Part shown: positions 1-9,715 of the stretch, piece by piece
How the letters are laid out: each line of letters starts with the position of its first letter
How positions within the stretch are numbered: position 1 is the first letter of the stretch
Source: Candidatus Eiseniibacteriota bacterium
Lineage (GTDB): Bacteria; Eisenbacteria; RBG-16-71-46
NCBI GenBank assembly: GCA_031370785.1
Contig: JANMQY010000042.1
Span: 9,612 to 73,611, forward strand
Reading direction: 5' to 3'
DNA length: 64,000 bases
Notes under the pieces: generated by a model
Seen by the model: only the letters and a program-made list of their open reading frames with translations
Told to the model about the DNA's origin: nothing
Database searches by the model: none
Made by a program: the position numbers and the translations under genes

Positions 1-1
1 C

Positions 2-1735
2 GACCCGCACGTCCTTGCGCACGCCCTCGACCTGCTGGATGTACCACAGCGGGAACGTGTCGTTGTCGCCGTTGGTGACCACGAAGCTGTTGGGAGCGAG
101 CGGGGCGAGCATGTCGTACGCATAGTCGTGCGCCACGTAGTTGCCGCGCCGATCGTGCGTGTACCACAGGCTCTTCAGCAGCAGGAATGGCATGGCCGCG
201 AGCAGCACGAAGGTGGCGCCGGTCGCGGCGCGCTGCTGCCCTCCGGGCGGGAACGAGTCGCGCACCCAGCCGAGCAGCCAGGTCACGCCGAGGCCGATCA
301 GCAGCGCGAAGGTGTGGTAGCCGGTCGTGAAGAAGTAGTCTCGGTCTCGAACCTCGTGATCGGTGAAGTTGAGGAACGCGATCATCCCGACGGTGGCGAA
401 TGCGAACAGGCACGCGGTCGCGAGAAACGAGATGCGCTCACGCCTGAACTGCCACAGGAACCCGAACAGGCCGAGCAGCATGGGCAGCAGGTACTGCCAC
501 ACCCGGGGCTCTGCCTGCCGTCCGAGCGCTCCATGCAGCCTGGGCGAAGGCATGATCGGCCACTGGCGCTTCCAGTAGCGCCAGAACTCCTTGTCGAGCT
601 GCGCCGACAGAGGACCGCGCCGCTCGGTCATCTTGCTCTCGCCGTACTGCTTGCGCTCGAGCAGGTAGCGCAGGCTCTCCCAGTTGGAGGGATCGCCCTC
701 GTTGATCGCCGGATGCTGCGCCGCGCGGATCGGCAGGTAGGCGTGCGTCGAGTAGCCGGCCGCCATCAGGAACAGGGCGAGCGCGATCACGCGGCCCTCG
801 CGGGTGCGGCGCGCAAGCGGAATCAGCGGAAGGGCGATCGCGGCGATCGCGAAGGCTCCGGTGCGGAAGTCGAAGTTGGCATCTCCGAACGCCGGCACAC
901 ACGCGATCAGGGCGCACACCGCGCCGGCCGCGACCAGCCACCCATTCACCTTCTTCTGCCAGGCGTACACGCTGAAGGTCGCGGTCGAGAGCAGCAGCAC
1001 GATCCCGGCCATGCGCTCGAGGCCCCAGGTCACGCCCAGCACCGAGAGCAGCGGCATCGCAAACACCACTGCCGCCTTGCGGTCGACCAGCCACACCAGC
1101 ACCAGCAGCGGCAGACCCATCATGCCGACGCCCAGGTGCAACCCCACGCTCAGCCACATCACGTAGACGCAGACCATCAGGGGGCCCGCTGTCGGACGCT
1201 TCTCGTGCGACTCCCACCAGCGCAGTCCGAGCCAGAACACCAGGATCTGCGCGAGGCTCATCATCGAATAGACCTCGGCCTCGATCCCGTTCTCCCAGAA
1301 GTTGTCCGAGAACGCCAGCATCAGCGCACCGATCACCGCGCCGGCCTGCGCCATCCACTCGCTGCGCAGCGCCGAGCCCGGCCCCTCGCCCGGAATCGGC
1401 GGCACGCCGCTCGGCCCGCGTCCCTGCGCGAGGCGGATCAGGCGCAGGGTGGTCAGGTAGGTGAGCATCACCGCGAGCGCCGAGGCGATCGCCGAGAGCG
1501 CGTTGACGCGCTGGGCGATCGTCGCCCACGGCACCAGCGTTGCGATCCGGCCGAGCAGGACGTAGAACGGAGTTCCGGGCGGGTGCGGAATGCCGAGGAT
1601 GTAGGAGACCGCGATGAACTCGCCCGAATCCCAGAACGGGACGGTGGGGCTCAAGGTGATCAGGTACACCACGATGGACAGCAGGAACAACACGAGGCCG
1701 ATGACAGGCGTCGCGCGCTTGCCCAGATCGATCAC
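2..1735 (-). CDS. DUF2723 / TMEM260-like multi-pass membrane glycosyltransferase (GT-C fold), runs off the left window edge
   Basis: Absent from the ORF track because there is no stop in the window. Manual translation from GTG at 1735 gives MIDLGKRATPVIGLVLFLLSIVVYLITLSPTVPFWDSGEFIAVSYILGIPHPPGTPFY, the DUF2723 DxGE/HPPG signature. Near the edge it reads TNGDNDTFPLWY. Many hydrophobic segments. The start overlaps the upstream stop (GTGA). Confidence 0.85.
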   Translation of the reverse strand, partial: MIDLGKRATPVIGLVLFLLSIVVYLITLSPTVPFWDSGEFIAVSYILGIPHPPGTPFYVLLGRIATLVPWATIAQRVNALSAIASALAVMLTYLTTLRLIRLAQGRGPSGVPPIPGEGPGSALRSEWMAQAGAVIGALMLAFSDNFWENGIEAEVYSMMSLAQILVFWLGLRWWESHEKRPTAGPLMVCVYVMWLSVGLHLGVGMMGLPLLVLVWLVDRKAAVVFAMPLLSVLGVTWGLERMAGIVLLLSTATFSVYAWQKKVNGWLVAAGAVCALIACVPAFGDANFDFRTGAFAIAAIALPLIPLARRTREGRVIALALFLMAAGYSTHAYLPIRAAQHPAINEGDPSNWESLRYLLERKQYGESKMTERRGPLSAQLDKEFWRYWKRQWPIMPSPRLHGALGRQAEPRVWQYLLPMLLGLFGFLWQFRRERISFLATACLFAFATVGMIAFLNFTDHEVRDRDYFFTTGYHTFALLIGLGVTWLLGWVRDSFPPGGQQRAATGATFVLLAAMPFLLLKSLWYTHDRRGNYVAHDYAYDMLAPLAPNSFVVTNGDNDTFPLWYIQQVEGVRKDVRV

Positions 1736-2733
1736 GGATTCCTCCCGAACTGCCTGGCCTCGGCGCGGCGACGCGGGATGCGCGCCAGGAACACCACGCC
1801 TCCGATGAGACTGATCGCTACCGCGACGAGGTACGTGGTGAACTGCAGTGAGAATGCGAGGGTTCGGTTCACACCGACGAGTCCGAACAGCACGATGCCC
1901 GCTCCCTCGCGCAGTCCGATGCCGTTCAACGAGATGGGCAGCGAGACTATCACCGCGAGCAAGGGAACGAAAAGGAAGAAGTAGGTAATCGGCAGGTCGA
2001 GCCCGAACGAGCGCGCCACCAGCACGTGCACGAAGATGCGCGACACCTGCGTCACCAGCGCGACCACGGCCAGTCGCGCGACCAGCCCGCGCCGATCCCG
2101 GAAGTTAGCCAGGCGCGTGGCCAGCTCGTCGAGATGAGGCTTGAGGCCGCCGAGTCCGACGCGCGCGAGCAGCCGCTCGAGCGCTGGCAGCAGGCCCGGA
2201 TGAAACACCGCCCAGACCACGGTCACGCTGAGCGCGAAGAAGCCTACCAGCGCGAAATACAGCACCCTCAGGTGAAAGCGGTCGATCGCGGGCAGCGTGG
2301 TGACGAGCGCGAGCCCGGCCAGCGCGACCGTGCCGATCAGCCGGTCCATGAGCACGGTCGAGACCGCGGCGGCGCGGCTGGGTCCGGCGCGCGACGCATC
2401 GACTACCCGGGCGATGTCGCCACCGATGTTGGCCGGCAGGAAATTGTTGAAGAACAGGCCGACGTGGTAGTACGCGCACACCTTCCAGAACGGAAGATGA
2501 ATGTCGACCGCGTCGAGCAGCCGCGACCACAGATAGGAGCCGAGCACGTTGCTCGCGATCAGCAGCGCCGCGGCCGCGCACAGCCAGCGCAGATCGGCGT
2601 GGCGCAGGGTTTCGCCGACGCTCGCAATCGGGATGCGCCGGAACAACACCGCCATGATCCCCACGCTCAGCAGCACCTTGGCGCCGATCGCGAGCGCGTG
2701 CTTCCAGCCCGGATGGCCGCCGAGCAAGCTCAC
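1732..2733 (-). CDS. Lysylphosphatidylglycerol-synthase TM-region / flippase-like membrane protein (UPF0104-type)
   Basis: Hydrophobic protein with GLFFNNFLPANIGGDIAR, DRL and LPISLNGIGLRE motifs. GTG start at 2733 overlaps the GT4 stop. Confidence 0.8.
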   Translation of the reverse strand: MSLLGGHPGWKHALAIGAKVLLSVGIMAVLFRRIPIASVGETLRHADLRWLCAAAALLIASNVLGSYLWSRLLDAVDIHLPFWKVCAYYHVGLFFNNFLPANIGGDIARVVDASRAGPSRAAAVSTVLMDRLIGTVALAGLALVTTLPAIDRFHLRVLYFALVGFFALSVTVVWAVFHPGLLPALERLLARVGLGGLKPHLDELATRLANFRDRRGLVARLAVVALVTQVSRIFVHVLVARSFGLDLPITYFFLFVPLLAVIVSLPISLNGIGLREGAGIVLFGLVGVNRTLAFSLQFTTYLVAVAISLIGGVVFLARIPRRRAEARQFGRNP

Positions 2734-3845
2734 GCCCTCTCCCCGGTGAGCGCGTCCAGCGAGCACCGCGCGCAGTCGTCCCAGCGGAATCGCGCCGCCC
2801 ACTCGATGCCACCGGCGGCGAGCCGCTCGCGCAGCGCCGAGTCCTCGAGCACGCGCACCAGCGCATCGGCGAGCTTCTCGTCGTCGTCATTCGGAACCAG
2901 CAGTCCGGTCTTCCCATCGCGCACCGAATCGCGAAGCCCGGGACTGTTCGCGGCGACCACCGCGCTACCGCACGCGCCGGCCTCGATCACGGTGAGCCCC
3001 CACCCTTCCTTCGGAGAGGGCTGCACCACGACCCAGGCCTCCTGCATGCGTCGCACCTTTTCGTGCGCAGGCAGATAGCCGAGGAACTCGACCGCGTTGA
3101 ACAGTCCGTAGCGCGCGGCTTCGAGCCTGAGCTCAGGCAGGAATGGACCGTCGCCCACGATCTGCAGGCGCGCATCGGGCACGCGGCGCAGCACCTTGGG
3201 CAGCACGCGCATCACCCAGTCGATGCCCTTGTAGCGCCGCACCCGGCCGACGTACAGGATCGTCGGTCGCGCGCTCTTCGTGACCGCCGTCTCGACGCGA
3301 TAGGTGGCGTGGTCCATGCCGCAGTGCACCACGTGAATGCGCGCCGGGTCGACGCCGCGGCGCGCCAGGTCGTCGCGCGTGCTCTCGCTGATGACGAGGA
3401 AGCGTGATTTCCGGTAGGCGAACGGAATGAGCGCCTCGAGCGCCACGACGTAGAGCGCGATCGGGGGCGGCGCCTCGCGGAAGGCGGTCGCGCCGAACAG
3501 ATGCGGGATGATCGCCGCGACCGGAGAGCGCGCGAACCGGGGCGTGAAGCACGGCACCTTGTTGATGTCCTCGACCACCAGGTCGGGCGCCGGATTCGCG
3601 AACTCGCGCCGGAGCACACCGGGCACGACCAGGTTGAAGTTCCACCAGTTGCCGCGACGCGCGATGCGCATGCCGCGGTGCTCGTCGTCGGCCTTGCCGC
3701 CGGGGAATCCGCTCGCGAGCCAGGTCACACGCCAGCCACGGCGCACCGCTTCGAGCAGGATTTCCTCGAGGTGCAGCTCGGCGCCGCCCGTCTCAGGATG
3801 CGCCGGGTCGCGGAAGTTGACGGCCAGCAGGTGGCGGCCGCTCAC
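2730..3845 (-). CDS. Glycosyltransferase family 4 (GT-B)
   Basis: GGAE near the N-terminus, YVGRVRRYKG, and PSPKEGWGLTVIEA (EX7E). GTG start at 3845 overlaps the upstream stop. Confidence 0.9.
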   Translation of the reverse strand: MSGRHLLAVNFRDPAHPETGGAELHLEEILLEAVRRGWRVTWLASGFPGGKADDEHRGMRIARRGNWWNFNLVVPGVLRREFANPAPDLVVEDINKVPCFTPRFARSPVAAIIPHLFGATAFREAPPPIALYVVALEALIPFAYRKSRFLVISESTRDDLARRGVDPARIHVVHCGMDHATYRVETAVTKSARPTILYVGRVRRYKGIDWVMRVLPKVLRRVPDARLQIVGDGPFLPELRLEAARYGLFNAVEFLGYLPAHEKVRRMQEAWVVVQPSPKEGWGLTVIEAGACGSAVVAANSPGLRDSVRDGKTGLLVPNDDDEKLADALVRVLEDSALRERLAAGGIEWAARFRWDDCARCSLDALTGERA

Positions 3846-4630
3846 GGCTTCTCGCCCACCGTACCGATCACGTGACTCAGGTAGAGCCCCGGGCGCGTCG
3901 CGAGCAGCCGCGCGCGCGCCGACTCCCACCCTTTCGCCCACCACGCCGGACCCGCGGGGTCGAGCGGCAGCGCGCGTCCGGTCGCGCGCTTGAGCACTTC
4001 GCGCGTCGCGCGGTACCACAGACCGGGCACCATGAACTCGCCGTAGGTGCGCTTGACGCGCAGGCCGGCCGCGGTGCACAGGCCCTCGAGCCGGGCCGGC
4101 GTGAACTGCGTCTCCCATCCCGCGAACCAGGCGTCGAACAGGATCAGCGCGTTCTTCATCACCGTGTAGAGATGAAAGGTCTGCGGCACATCCACCACCA
4201 CGCGCCCGCCCGAGCACGTGACCCGCGCATTCTCGCGCAGCAGGGGCAGCGGATCGCGGAAATGTTCGAGCAGTCCCTGGTGGAAGACGACATCGAGCGA
4301 TCCGTCGCGGAACGGCATGGTCAGCCCATCCGCGCGCACCAGGTGCACCGGCAGGTTCTGCTCGCGCGCCTGGCGCCGCACCAGCTCGAGCGAGGTGGGC
4401 GAATAGTCGAGCACGAACCCGATCGCTCCCTCGCGCGCCAGCGCGAGCAGATCGCGCCCCGAGCCCGCCCCGACTTCGAGCACGCGCCTGCCCCGCACTC
4501 CTCCGTCGGCGAGTATCTCGCGCGCCAGCCGTCCACCGGTCGAATAGGTCCGGTCGAGGTCCGCATGGCCGCGCCAGTAGGACTCCCAGTGCGCGAGCGT
4601 GGAAGCGCGCTTCGGTGCGGCATCGCTCAT
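3842..4630 (-). CDS. Class I SAM-dependent methyltransferase
   Basis: VLEVGAGSG motif I, LDYS, and ADGLTMPFRDGSLDVVFHQGLLEH. ATG at 4630 follows a GGGGGAG RBS. Confidence 0.85.
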   Translation of the reverse strand: MSDAAPKRASTLAHWESYWRGHADLDRTYSTGGRLAREILADGGVRGRRVLEVGAGSGRDLLALAREGAIGFVLDYSPTSLELVRRQAREQNLPVHLVRADGLTMPFRDGSLDVVFHQGLLEHFRDPLPLLRENARVTCSGGRVVVDVPQTFHLYTVMKNALILFDAWFAGWETQFTPARLEGLCTAAGLRVKRTYGEFMVPGLWYRATREVLKRATGRALPLDPAGPAWWAKGWESARARLLATRPGLYLSHVIGTVGEKP

Positions 4631-4643
4631 CGAGCGCTCCCCC

Positions 4644-5369
4644 TCATTCGCCCCACCGCAGGCGCTCGGCCAGGAACGGCGGCAGCCCGGCCTCCTGGAT
4701 GCGGCGCATCGCGCGATCGATGTCATAGGCGACGCGAACGTGGCTCAGCACGTGCTCGTCGTCGTCCCACAGCAGGTAGGCGGCGCGCGGATCGCCGTCG
4801 CGCGGCTGACCGACGCTGCCCACGTTCACCAGATAGCGCCGCTTCTTCTCGAGCTTGAGCTCGGTGGCGCGGGTGTACTGCGCGCGGTTGCCGTCGCTCT
4901 CGAATGCACCCGGATAGTGCGAGTGTCCGATCAGGCATAGAGGTTCCTCGAAGCTCGAGAACTCGAGCTCGGCGTCGTGCGGCGAGAGCACGTAGTGCCA
5001 CTCCTCGGGCTGCGCGGGCGAGGCATGAACCAGCCGCGCGCCGCGCCATGAGGCGGTGTACGGCAGGCTCTCGAGGTAGGTGCGCGTCTCCGGGCTCAGC
5101 GTGCTGTCGGTCCAGCGCGCCGCCGAGGCGGCATCGGTGTTGAAGCCTCCGAGTCGCAGCTTGCCGATCGCCGCCAGGTCGTGATTGCCCGCGATCGCGA
5201 CCTCGCAGCGCGAACGCAGCAGCGCGACGCACTCGTTGGGCGATGCGCCGTAGCCCACGAAGTCGCCGAGGCACGCGAGCGCGGCGGGGCGGTGGCGATC
5301 GAGATCGGCGAGTACGGCCTCGAGCGCTTCCAGGTTTCCGTGAACGTCCGAGAGCACGGCGAGCAGCAT
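4644..5369 (-). CDS. Calcineurin-like metallophosphoesterase
   Basis: SDVHGN, GDFVGYG, GNHD, HASP, GHSH and NVGSVGQPRDG motifs. Confidence 0.9.
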   Translation of the reverse strand: MLLAVLSDVHGNLEALEAVLADLDRHRPAALACLGDFVGYGASPNECVALLRSRCEVAIAGNHDLAAIGKLRLGGFNTDAASAARWTDSTLSPETRTYLESLPYTASWRGARLVHASPAQPEEWHYVLSPHDAELEFSSFEEPLCLIGHSHYPGAFESDGNRAQYTRATELKLEKKRRYLVNVGSVGQPRDGDPRAAYLLWDDDEHVLSHVRVAYDIDRAMRRIQEAGLPPFLAERLRWGE

Positions 5370-5800
5370 CAGAGCTCCCCGGGACGCAGTCGTCGCGCCA
5401 CGCGATCGAGCACGCCGTTGACGAAGCGGCCCGACTCCTCGGAGCCATAGCGCTTGGCGATCTCGATCGCCTCGTCCAGCACCACGCGCGCCGGCGTGCC
5501 GCCGCGCACCATCAGCTCGGCGATCGCCGAGCGCAGCACCGAGCGATCGGTGGCGGCGAGCCGCACGATCGGCCAGTGCTCGGCCGCCTGCTGCAGCGCC
5601 TCGTCGACTTCGGCGGCGCGCGTCGCCAGCACCCCCACCACGTCACCGACCAGCTCGACCTGATCGTCGCTCAGGGTCTCCTCCTCGCGCAGCGCGGTCC
5701 ACACCTCCCGGTACGCATCGCCGGTCAGGTCGGCCTGGTAGGCGATGCGGAACGCCAGCTCGCGAGCTCGCCGCCGCGCCGAGTCGAGGCCGTGGCTCAT
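5369..5800 (-). CDS. nusB: Transcription antitermination factor NusB
   Basis: RRRARELA, DRSVLR, EAIEIAKRYG and FVNGVLD. Follows ribH, the usual position. Confidence 0.95.
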   Translation of the reverse strand: MSHGLDSARRRARELAFRIAYQADLTGDAYREVWTALREEETLSDDQVELVGDVVGVLATRAAEVDEALQQAAEHWPIVRLAATDRSVLRSAIAELMVRGGTPARVVLDEAIEIAKRYGSEESGRFVNGVLDRVARRLRPGEL

Positions 5801-6294
5801 CGCGTCCCCAGCGTGCGCCGCAGGCGCGCCATCGCGATCGCGGCCAGCGCGATCTCGGCGCCGCGATTGCCGAACGCGCCACCGGTACGGGCCGCGGCTT
5901 GTTCAGCGTCGAACACCGCAAGCACGCCGTTGAGCACCGGCACGCCGGTGTCGAGCGCCACGCGCGCGATGCCGCTCGCGCTGGAGTCCGCCACCAGGCG
6001 GAAGTGATCGGTCTCTCCGCGGATGACCGTACCGAACGCGAGCACCGCATCGAAGCGCCCGGTCTCGGCGGCCCAGCGGCACGCCAGCGGCAGCTCCAGC
6101 GCACCGGGCACGCGGAATATCTCGATCGCCTCAGGAGCAGCGCCACGGCGGCGGAGCACCTCGAGCGCCGCGTCGAGCATGCGCGTCACGTACGCCTCGT
6201 TGAAGCGCGCGCCGACCAGCGCGAAGCGCAGGCCGGAGCCATCCGCGGCGTCGGGTGCGTCGGCGGGCGTGGGAGGCGTGGGAGGCGCCATCAT
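5797..6294 (-). CDS. ribH: 6,7-dimethyl-8-ribityllumazine synthase
   Basis: [23 protein letters not shown] and [12 protein letters not shown] at 6294 overlaps the ribBA stop. Confidence 0.95.
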   Translation of the reverse strand: MMAPPTPPTPADAPDAADGSGLRFALVGARFNEAYVTRMLDAALEVLRRRGAAPEAIEIFRVPGALELPLACRWAAETGRFDAVLAFGTVIRGETDHFRLVADSSASGIARVALDTGVPVLNGVLAVFDAEQAAARTGGAFGNRGAEIALAAIAMARLRRTLGTR

Positions 6295-7664
6295 GTCTCC
6301 CCGAGCTTGAGGTCGAGCAGGTGCCCGAGCTTGTCGCGCTTGGTCGCGAGATAGCGACGGTTGTGGCGTGTCGGGGGCAGCGCGATCGGCGCACGCTTGG
6401 AGATGTGCAGCCCGTACGCCTCCAGCCCGACGATCTTGCGCGGATTGTTGGTGAGCAGCTCGATGTCGCGCACCCCGAGGTCGCGCAGGATCTGGGCCCC
6501 GATCCCGTAGTCGCGCAAGTCGGCCGGGAATCCCAGCCGGACGTTGGCCTCGACCGTGTCGAGTCCCCGGTCCTGCAGCGCGTACGCGCGCAGCTTGTTC
6601 GCAAGCCCGATTCCGCGTCCTTCCTGGCGCAGGTACAGGAACACCCCGCGCCCGCGCTTGGTGATGGCGCGCAACGCGGCGTGCATCTGCGGCCCGCAGT
6701 CGCAGCGCTGCGAGCCGAACACGTCGCCAGTCAGGCACTGGGAGTGAACGCGCACCAGCACCGGCCCGCCGCTCTTCACGTTGCCGCGCACCAGCGCGAT
6801 GTGGTGGTCGCCCTCGAGCTTGCTCTCGTAGAGATGCATCTGGAACAGGCCCTCGGGCGTCGGCAGCGGCACCGACACCACGCGCTCGACCAACACGTCG
6901 CGCCGGCGACGGTATGCGATCAGGTCGTGGATGGTCAGGATCCCCAGGCCGTGCGCGAGCGCCATGCGCTCGAGCTCGGGCAGTCGCGCCATGCGTCCGT
7001 CCTCGGACAGAATCTCGCACACCGCCGCGACCGGCTTGAGGCCGGCGAGCACGCACAGATCGGGCGCGGCCTCGGTGTGTCCGGCGCGGCGCAGCGTGCC
7101 GCCGGGCACCGCGCGCAACGGGAAGATGTGGCCGGGCCGCACCAGATCCTCGGAGCGCGTGGACGGCCGCGCCAGCGCGCGCAGCGTCCTCGCGCGGTCG
7201 AACGCCGAAGTGCCGGTCGTGGTGCCCCGGCGCGCGTCCACCGATTCGGTGAACGGGGTTCCGAACTTGGCGGTGTTGTGGCGCACCATCAGCTTGAGGC
7301 CGAGCCGGTCGGCCACTTCGGGCGCCATCGGAGCGCACAGAATGCCGCGGCCGTACTTGACCGCGAAGTTGACCATCTGCGGCGTCGCCTTCTCGGCCGC
7401 GAACGCGAGGTCGCCCTCGTTCTCGCGATGCGCATCGTCCACCAGGATGACCATCCCGCCGGCGCGAATGCGCGCGACCGCCTGCTCCACGGTCAGACGC
7501 ACCCCGCTGGCCACGCGATCCGCGCGCGGCGCACGCGGACTCTGGGGTCCCGACGCCGCCGTGCGACGCGCGGGTGGCGAATCACGCAGCGCCGGCGCCC
7601 TCACCCGCCGGGTCCGGCGGGCGCCGGAAGCGGCGCGTGCCTTTGCACTTCGAGTTCCCTTCAC
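6291..7664 (-). CDS. ribBA: Bifunctional DHBP synthase / GTP cyclohydrolase II
   Basis: RENEGDL, PGHIFPL and GHTEA in the RibB half. [23 protein letters not shown] and TNNPRK in the RibA half. The start is uncertain: GTG 7664 is coupled to the ribE stop, with an alternative near 7490. Confidence 0.95.
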   Translation of the reverse strand: MKGTRSAKARAASGARRTRRVRAPALRDSPPARRTAASGPQSPRAPRADRVASGVRLTVEQAVARIRAGGMVILVDDAHRENEGDLAFAAEKATPQMVNFAVKYGRGILCAPMAPEVADRLGLKLMVRHNTAKFGTPFTESVDARRGTTTGTSAFDRARTLRALARPSTRSEDLVRPGHIFPLRAVPGGTLRRAGHTEAAPDLCVLAGLKPVAAVCEILSEDGRMARLPELERMALAHGLGILTIHDLIAYRRRRDVLVERVVSVPLPTPEGLFQMHLYESKLEGDHHIALVRGNVKSGGPVLVRVHSQCLTGDVFGSQRCDCGPQMHAALRAITKRGRGVFLYLRQEGRGIGLANKLRAYALQDRGLDTVEANVRLGFPADLRDYGIGAQILRDLGVRDIELLTNNPRKIVGLEAYGLHISKRAPIALPPTRHNRRYLATKRDKLGHLLDLKLGET

Positions 7665-8272
7665 GTGCTCCTCCCCATGACGCCGGTGGCGTCGAGCAGA
7701 CGCGCGAGGTAGCGCGCGATCAGATCCACTTCGAGATTCACCGGGCGGCCGGCGGCATAGGCGCCCGCGGTGGTTGCGGTCAGCGTGTGCGGAATGTAGG
7801 CGATCTCGCAACCCTCGAGGGTGAGCCGCGCCACGGTCAGGCTCACGCCGTCGACCGCGAGCGAGCCCTTTTCGGCCACGTAACGCCGCAGCGCTTCGGG
7901 TACGACCAGGCTCAGCCGTCGCCCTTCGCCCTCGGGCTCGAAGCTGCGCACTTCGCCGACACCATCCACGTGGCCCTGCACCAGGTGCCCGCCCATGCGC
8001 TCGCCGAGCACGAGCGCGCGTTCGAGATTGAGCGGATCGCCAGCGCGGCGCGCACCAAGCGTGGTGCGCGCCAGCGTCTCCGGCACCGCCTCGACCGCGA
8101 AGCGCCGCGGCTCGATCGCGATCGCGGTCAGGCAGCAACCGTCGCAGTTGATGCTGTCGCCCACCCGCGCGCCCTCGAGCACCCGCGTGGCACCGATCCA
8201 CAGCCGGCGGTCCGCGCCGCGCTCTTCGATCGCGTCGATCCGGCCCAGCTCTTCGATGAGTCCAGTGAACAT
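7661..8272 (-). CDS. ribE: Riboflavin synthase (alpha chain)
   Basis: N-terminal [32 protein letters not shown] and VNLEVD. Confidence 0.95.
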   Translation of the reverse strand: MFTGLIEELGRIDAIEERGADRRLWIGATRVLEGARVGDSINCDGCCLTAIAIEPRRFAVEAVPETLARTTLGARRAGDPLNLERALVLGERMGGHLVQGHVDGVGEVRSFEPEGEGRRLSLVVPEALRRYVAEKGSLAVDGVSLTVARLTLEGCEIAYIPHTLTATTAGAYAAGRPVNLEVDLIARYLARLLDATGVMGRST

Positions 8273-8277
8273 GGCGC

Positions 8278-9375
8278 TCACACCTCCGCGATCAGGAGCG
8301 CATCGTCGCCGACCCGCTCCTGATGAGCGACTCGCACCCGCCGCGCACCCGCGAGGCCGCGCTTCCCAAGCGGACCGAGCCATGCGCGGCCCTCGCCGAG
8401 CAGCAGCGGCGCGATGAACAGCGCGAGCTGATCCACCAGGCCCGATTGGAGCCAGGCGGTGCCGAGCGTCGAACCGGACTCGAGCAGGACGTCGTGGCAG
8501 CCCTCGTCGGCCAGCCGTTTCGCCAGCGCGCGCGGCGCCACTCCACCCTGTTGCTCGGGAAACACCCACACCGTGACGCCGCGGGCCTCGAGCGCGCGGC
8601 GGCGCGCGGCGCTCGACCTGACGCTGCACGCCACCACCGTGCCGCGCGCGAGCGGCGCGCGGAACAGGCGCAGGCGAAGCGGCAGCTCGAGCCGGGTATC
8701 ACACACCACGCGCAGCGGCTGCAGGCGCGCCCGCGCCGTCCGCGCGGTCAGCCTCGGGTCGTCGGCCCGCGCGGTGCCGGCCCCGATCACGATCGCATCG
8801 CTCTGGGCGCGCATCCGGTGCACGCGCATCCGGGCGCCGGGGCCCGTGATCCAGCGCGAGCGCCCGCGAGAATCGGCGATCCGGCCATCGAGCGTGGTCG
8901 CGAGCTTCCAGGTGACCCGCGGGCGTCGCTCCACGTGCGTGAGCACGTAGCCGGCGAGCGCCGAGCGCGCCTCGGCGGCGCACACCCCGAGATCCACCCT
9001 CACCCCGGCCGCGCGCAGCTTGCGCAGCCCGCGCCCATTCACAATCGGGTTCGGATCCCGCATCGCCACCACGCAGCGCCGCACTCCGGCCGCCATGATC
9101 GCGTCCACGCAGGGCGGGGTGCGGCCGAAGTGGGCGCAGGGCTCGAGCGTCACGTAGAGCGTGGCACCACGCGCGCGCGCGCCGGCACGCTGCAGCGCCG
9201 CGCGTTCGGCGTGGTCCTTCCCCGCCGCGCGATGCCAGCCCTCACCCACGATCCGGCCCGCGCGCACCAGCACCGCGCCGACGATCGGATTCGGGCGCGT
9301 GGCGCCGCGCCCGCGCTCGGCAAGGCGCAGCGCGCGCAGCATGAAACGCAGGTCGGGCTCGGACGCGTCGCTCAT
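8278..9375 (-). CDS. ribD: Bifunctional riboflavin deaminase/reductase RibD
   Basis: HAE and [14 protein letters not shown] zinc motifs, TLDGRIA, SRWIT and DDPRLT. Confidence 0.95.
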   Translation of the reverse strand: MSDASEPDLRFMLRALRLAERGRGATRPNPIVGAVLVRAGRIVGEGWHRAAGKDHAERAALQRAGARARGATLYVTLEPCAHFGRTPPCVDAIMAAGVRRCVVAMRDPNPIVNGRGLRKLRAAGVRVDLGVCAAEARSALAGYVLTHVERRPRVTWKLATTLDGRIADSRGRSRWITGPGARMRVHRMRAQSDAIVIGAGTARADDPRLTARTARARLQPLRVVCDTRLELPLRLRLFRAPLARGTVVACSVRSSAARRRALEARGVTVWVFPEQQGGVAPRALAKRLADEGCHDVLLESGSTLGTAWLQSGLVDQLALFIAPLLLGEGRAWLGPLGKRGLAGARRVRVAHQERVGDDALLIAEV

Positions 9376-9391
9376 ATCCTCTAACGAAATA

Positions 9392-9414
9392 GCCCCGTGG
9401 GAATCCCACGGGGC
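9392..9414 (-). terminator. Hairpin of the riboswitch expression platform (terminator-like)
   Basis: Perfect 10-bp stem GCCCCGTGGG-N3-CCCACGGGGC, followed on the minus strand by TATTTCGTT and then the ribD RBS and ATG. Confidence 0.6.
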
Positions 9415-9450
9415 GGATGACGGGCGCGCGAGCGGGCATGGCCCGGCCCC

Positions 9451-9615
9451 GCTCCTTCTTCCATCCCGACTGTCACGGTCGGCCCCGGAATCTCACCGGA
9501 TCTGCGGACGGCGCCCGGCTGATTCGTTGCGCCATCTCGTCGATGACTGGCGCCGGGCACTGCCGCTCGCGGGCTATACCGCCGGTGGGGACTTCTCACC
9601 CCGCCCCGAAGGAGC
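9451..9615 (-). promoter_or_regulatory. FMN riboswitch (RFN element)
   Basis: The minus strand reads GCTCCTTCGGGGCGGGGTGAGAAGTCCCCACCGGCGGTATAGCCCGCGAGC...AGATCCGGTGAGATTCCGGGGCCGACCGTGACAGTCGGGATGGAAGAAGGAGC, matching the RFN consensus with an 8-bp P1. It lies directly upstream of ribD. Confidence 0.95.
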
Positions 9616-9627
9616 AACAGGCCGGCG

Positions 9628-9657
9628 AGGATACTCGTGGGCCGCGGACACTGTCAA
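9628..9657 (-). promoter_or_regulatory. Putative sigma-70 promoter of the rib operon
   Basis: TTGACA-N18-TATCCT immediately upstream of the riboswitch. Confidence 0.6.
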
Positions 9658-9715
9658 AACGCCGACGATGAGGGGACTCGAGGCCGGCCCGGGCGGGAAA
9701 AACCTGCACCTTGGT

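Noticed and set aside
128..1984. 618-aa plus-strand ORF
   Set aside because: It is the antisense shadow of the DUF2723 and flippase genes. It is Arg/His/Gln-rich with no motifs, typical of high-GC DNA.
6248..6290. Short tandem repeats (GGCGTGGGA x2, GCGTCGG x2) at the ribH 5' end
   Set aside because: They encode a short Pro/Thr/Ala/Asp linker ([15 protein letters not shown]). They are too short and have no spacers, so this is not CRISPR or a meaningful VNTR.
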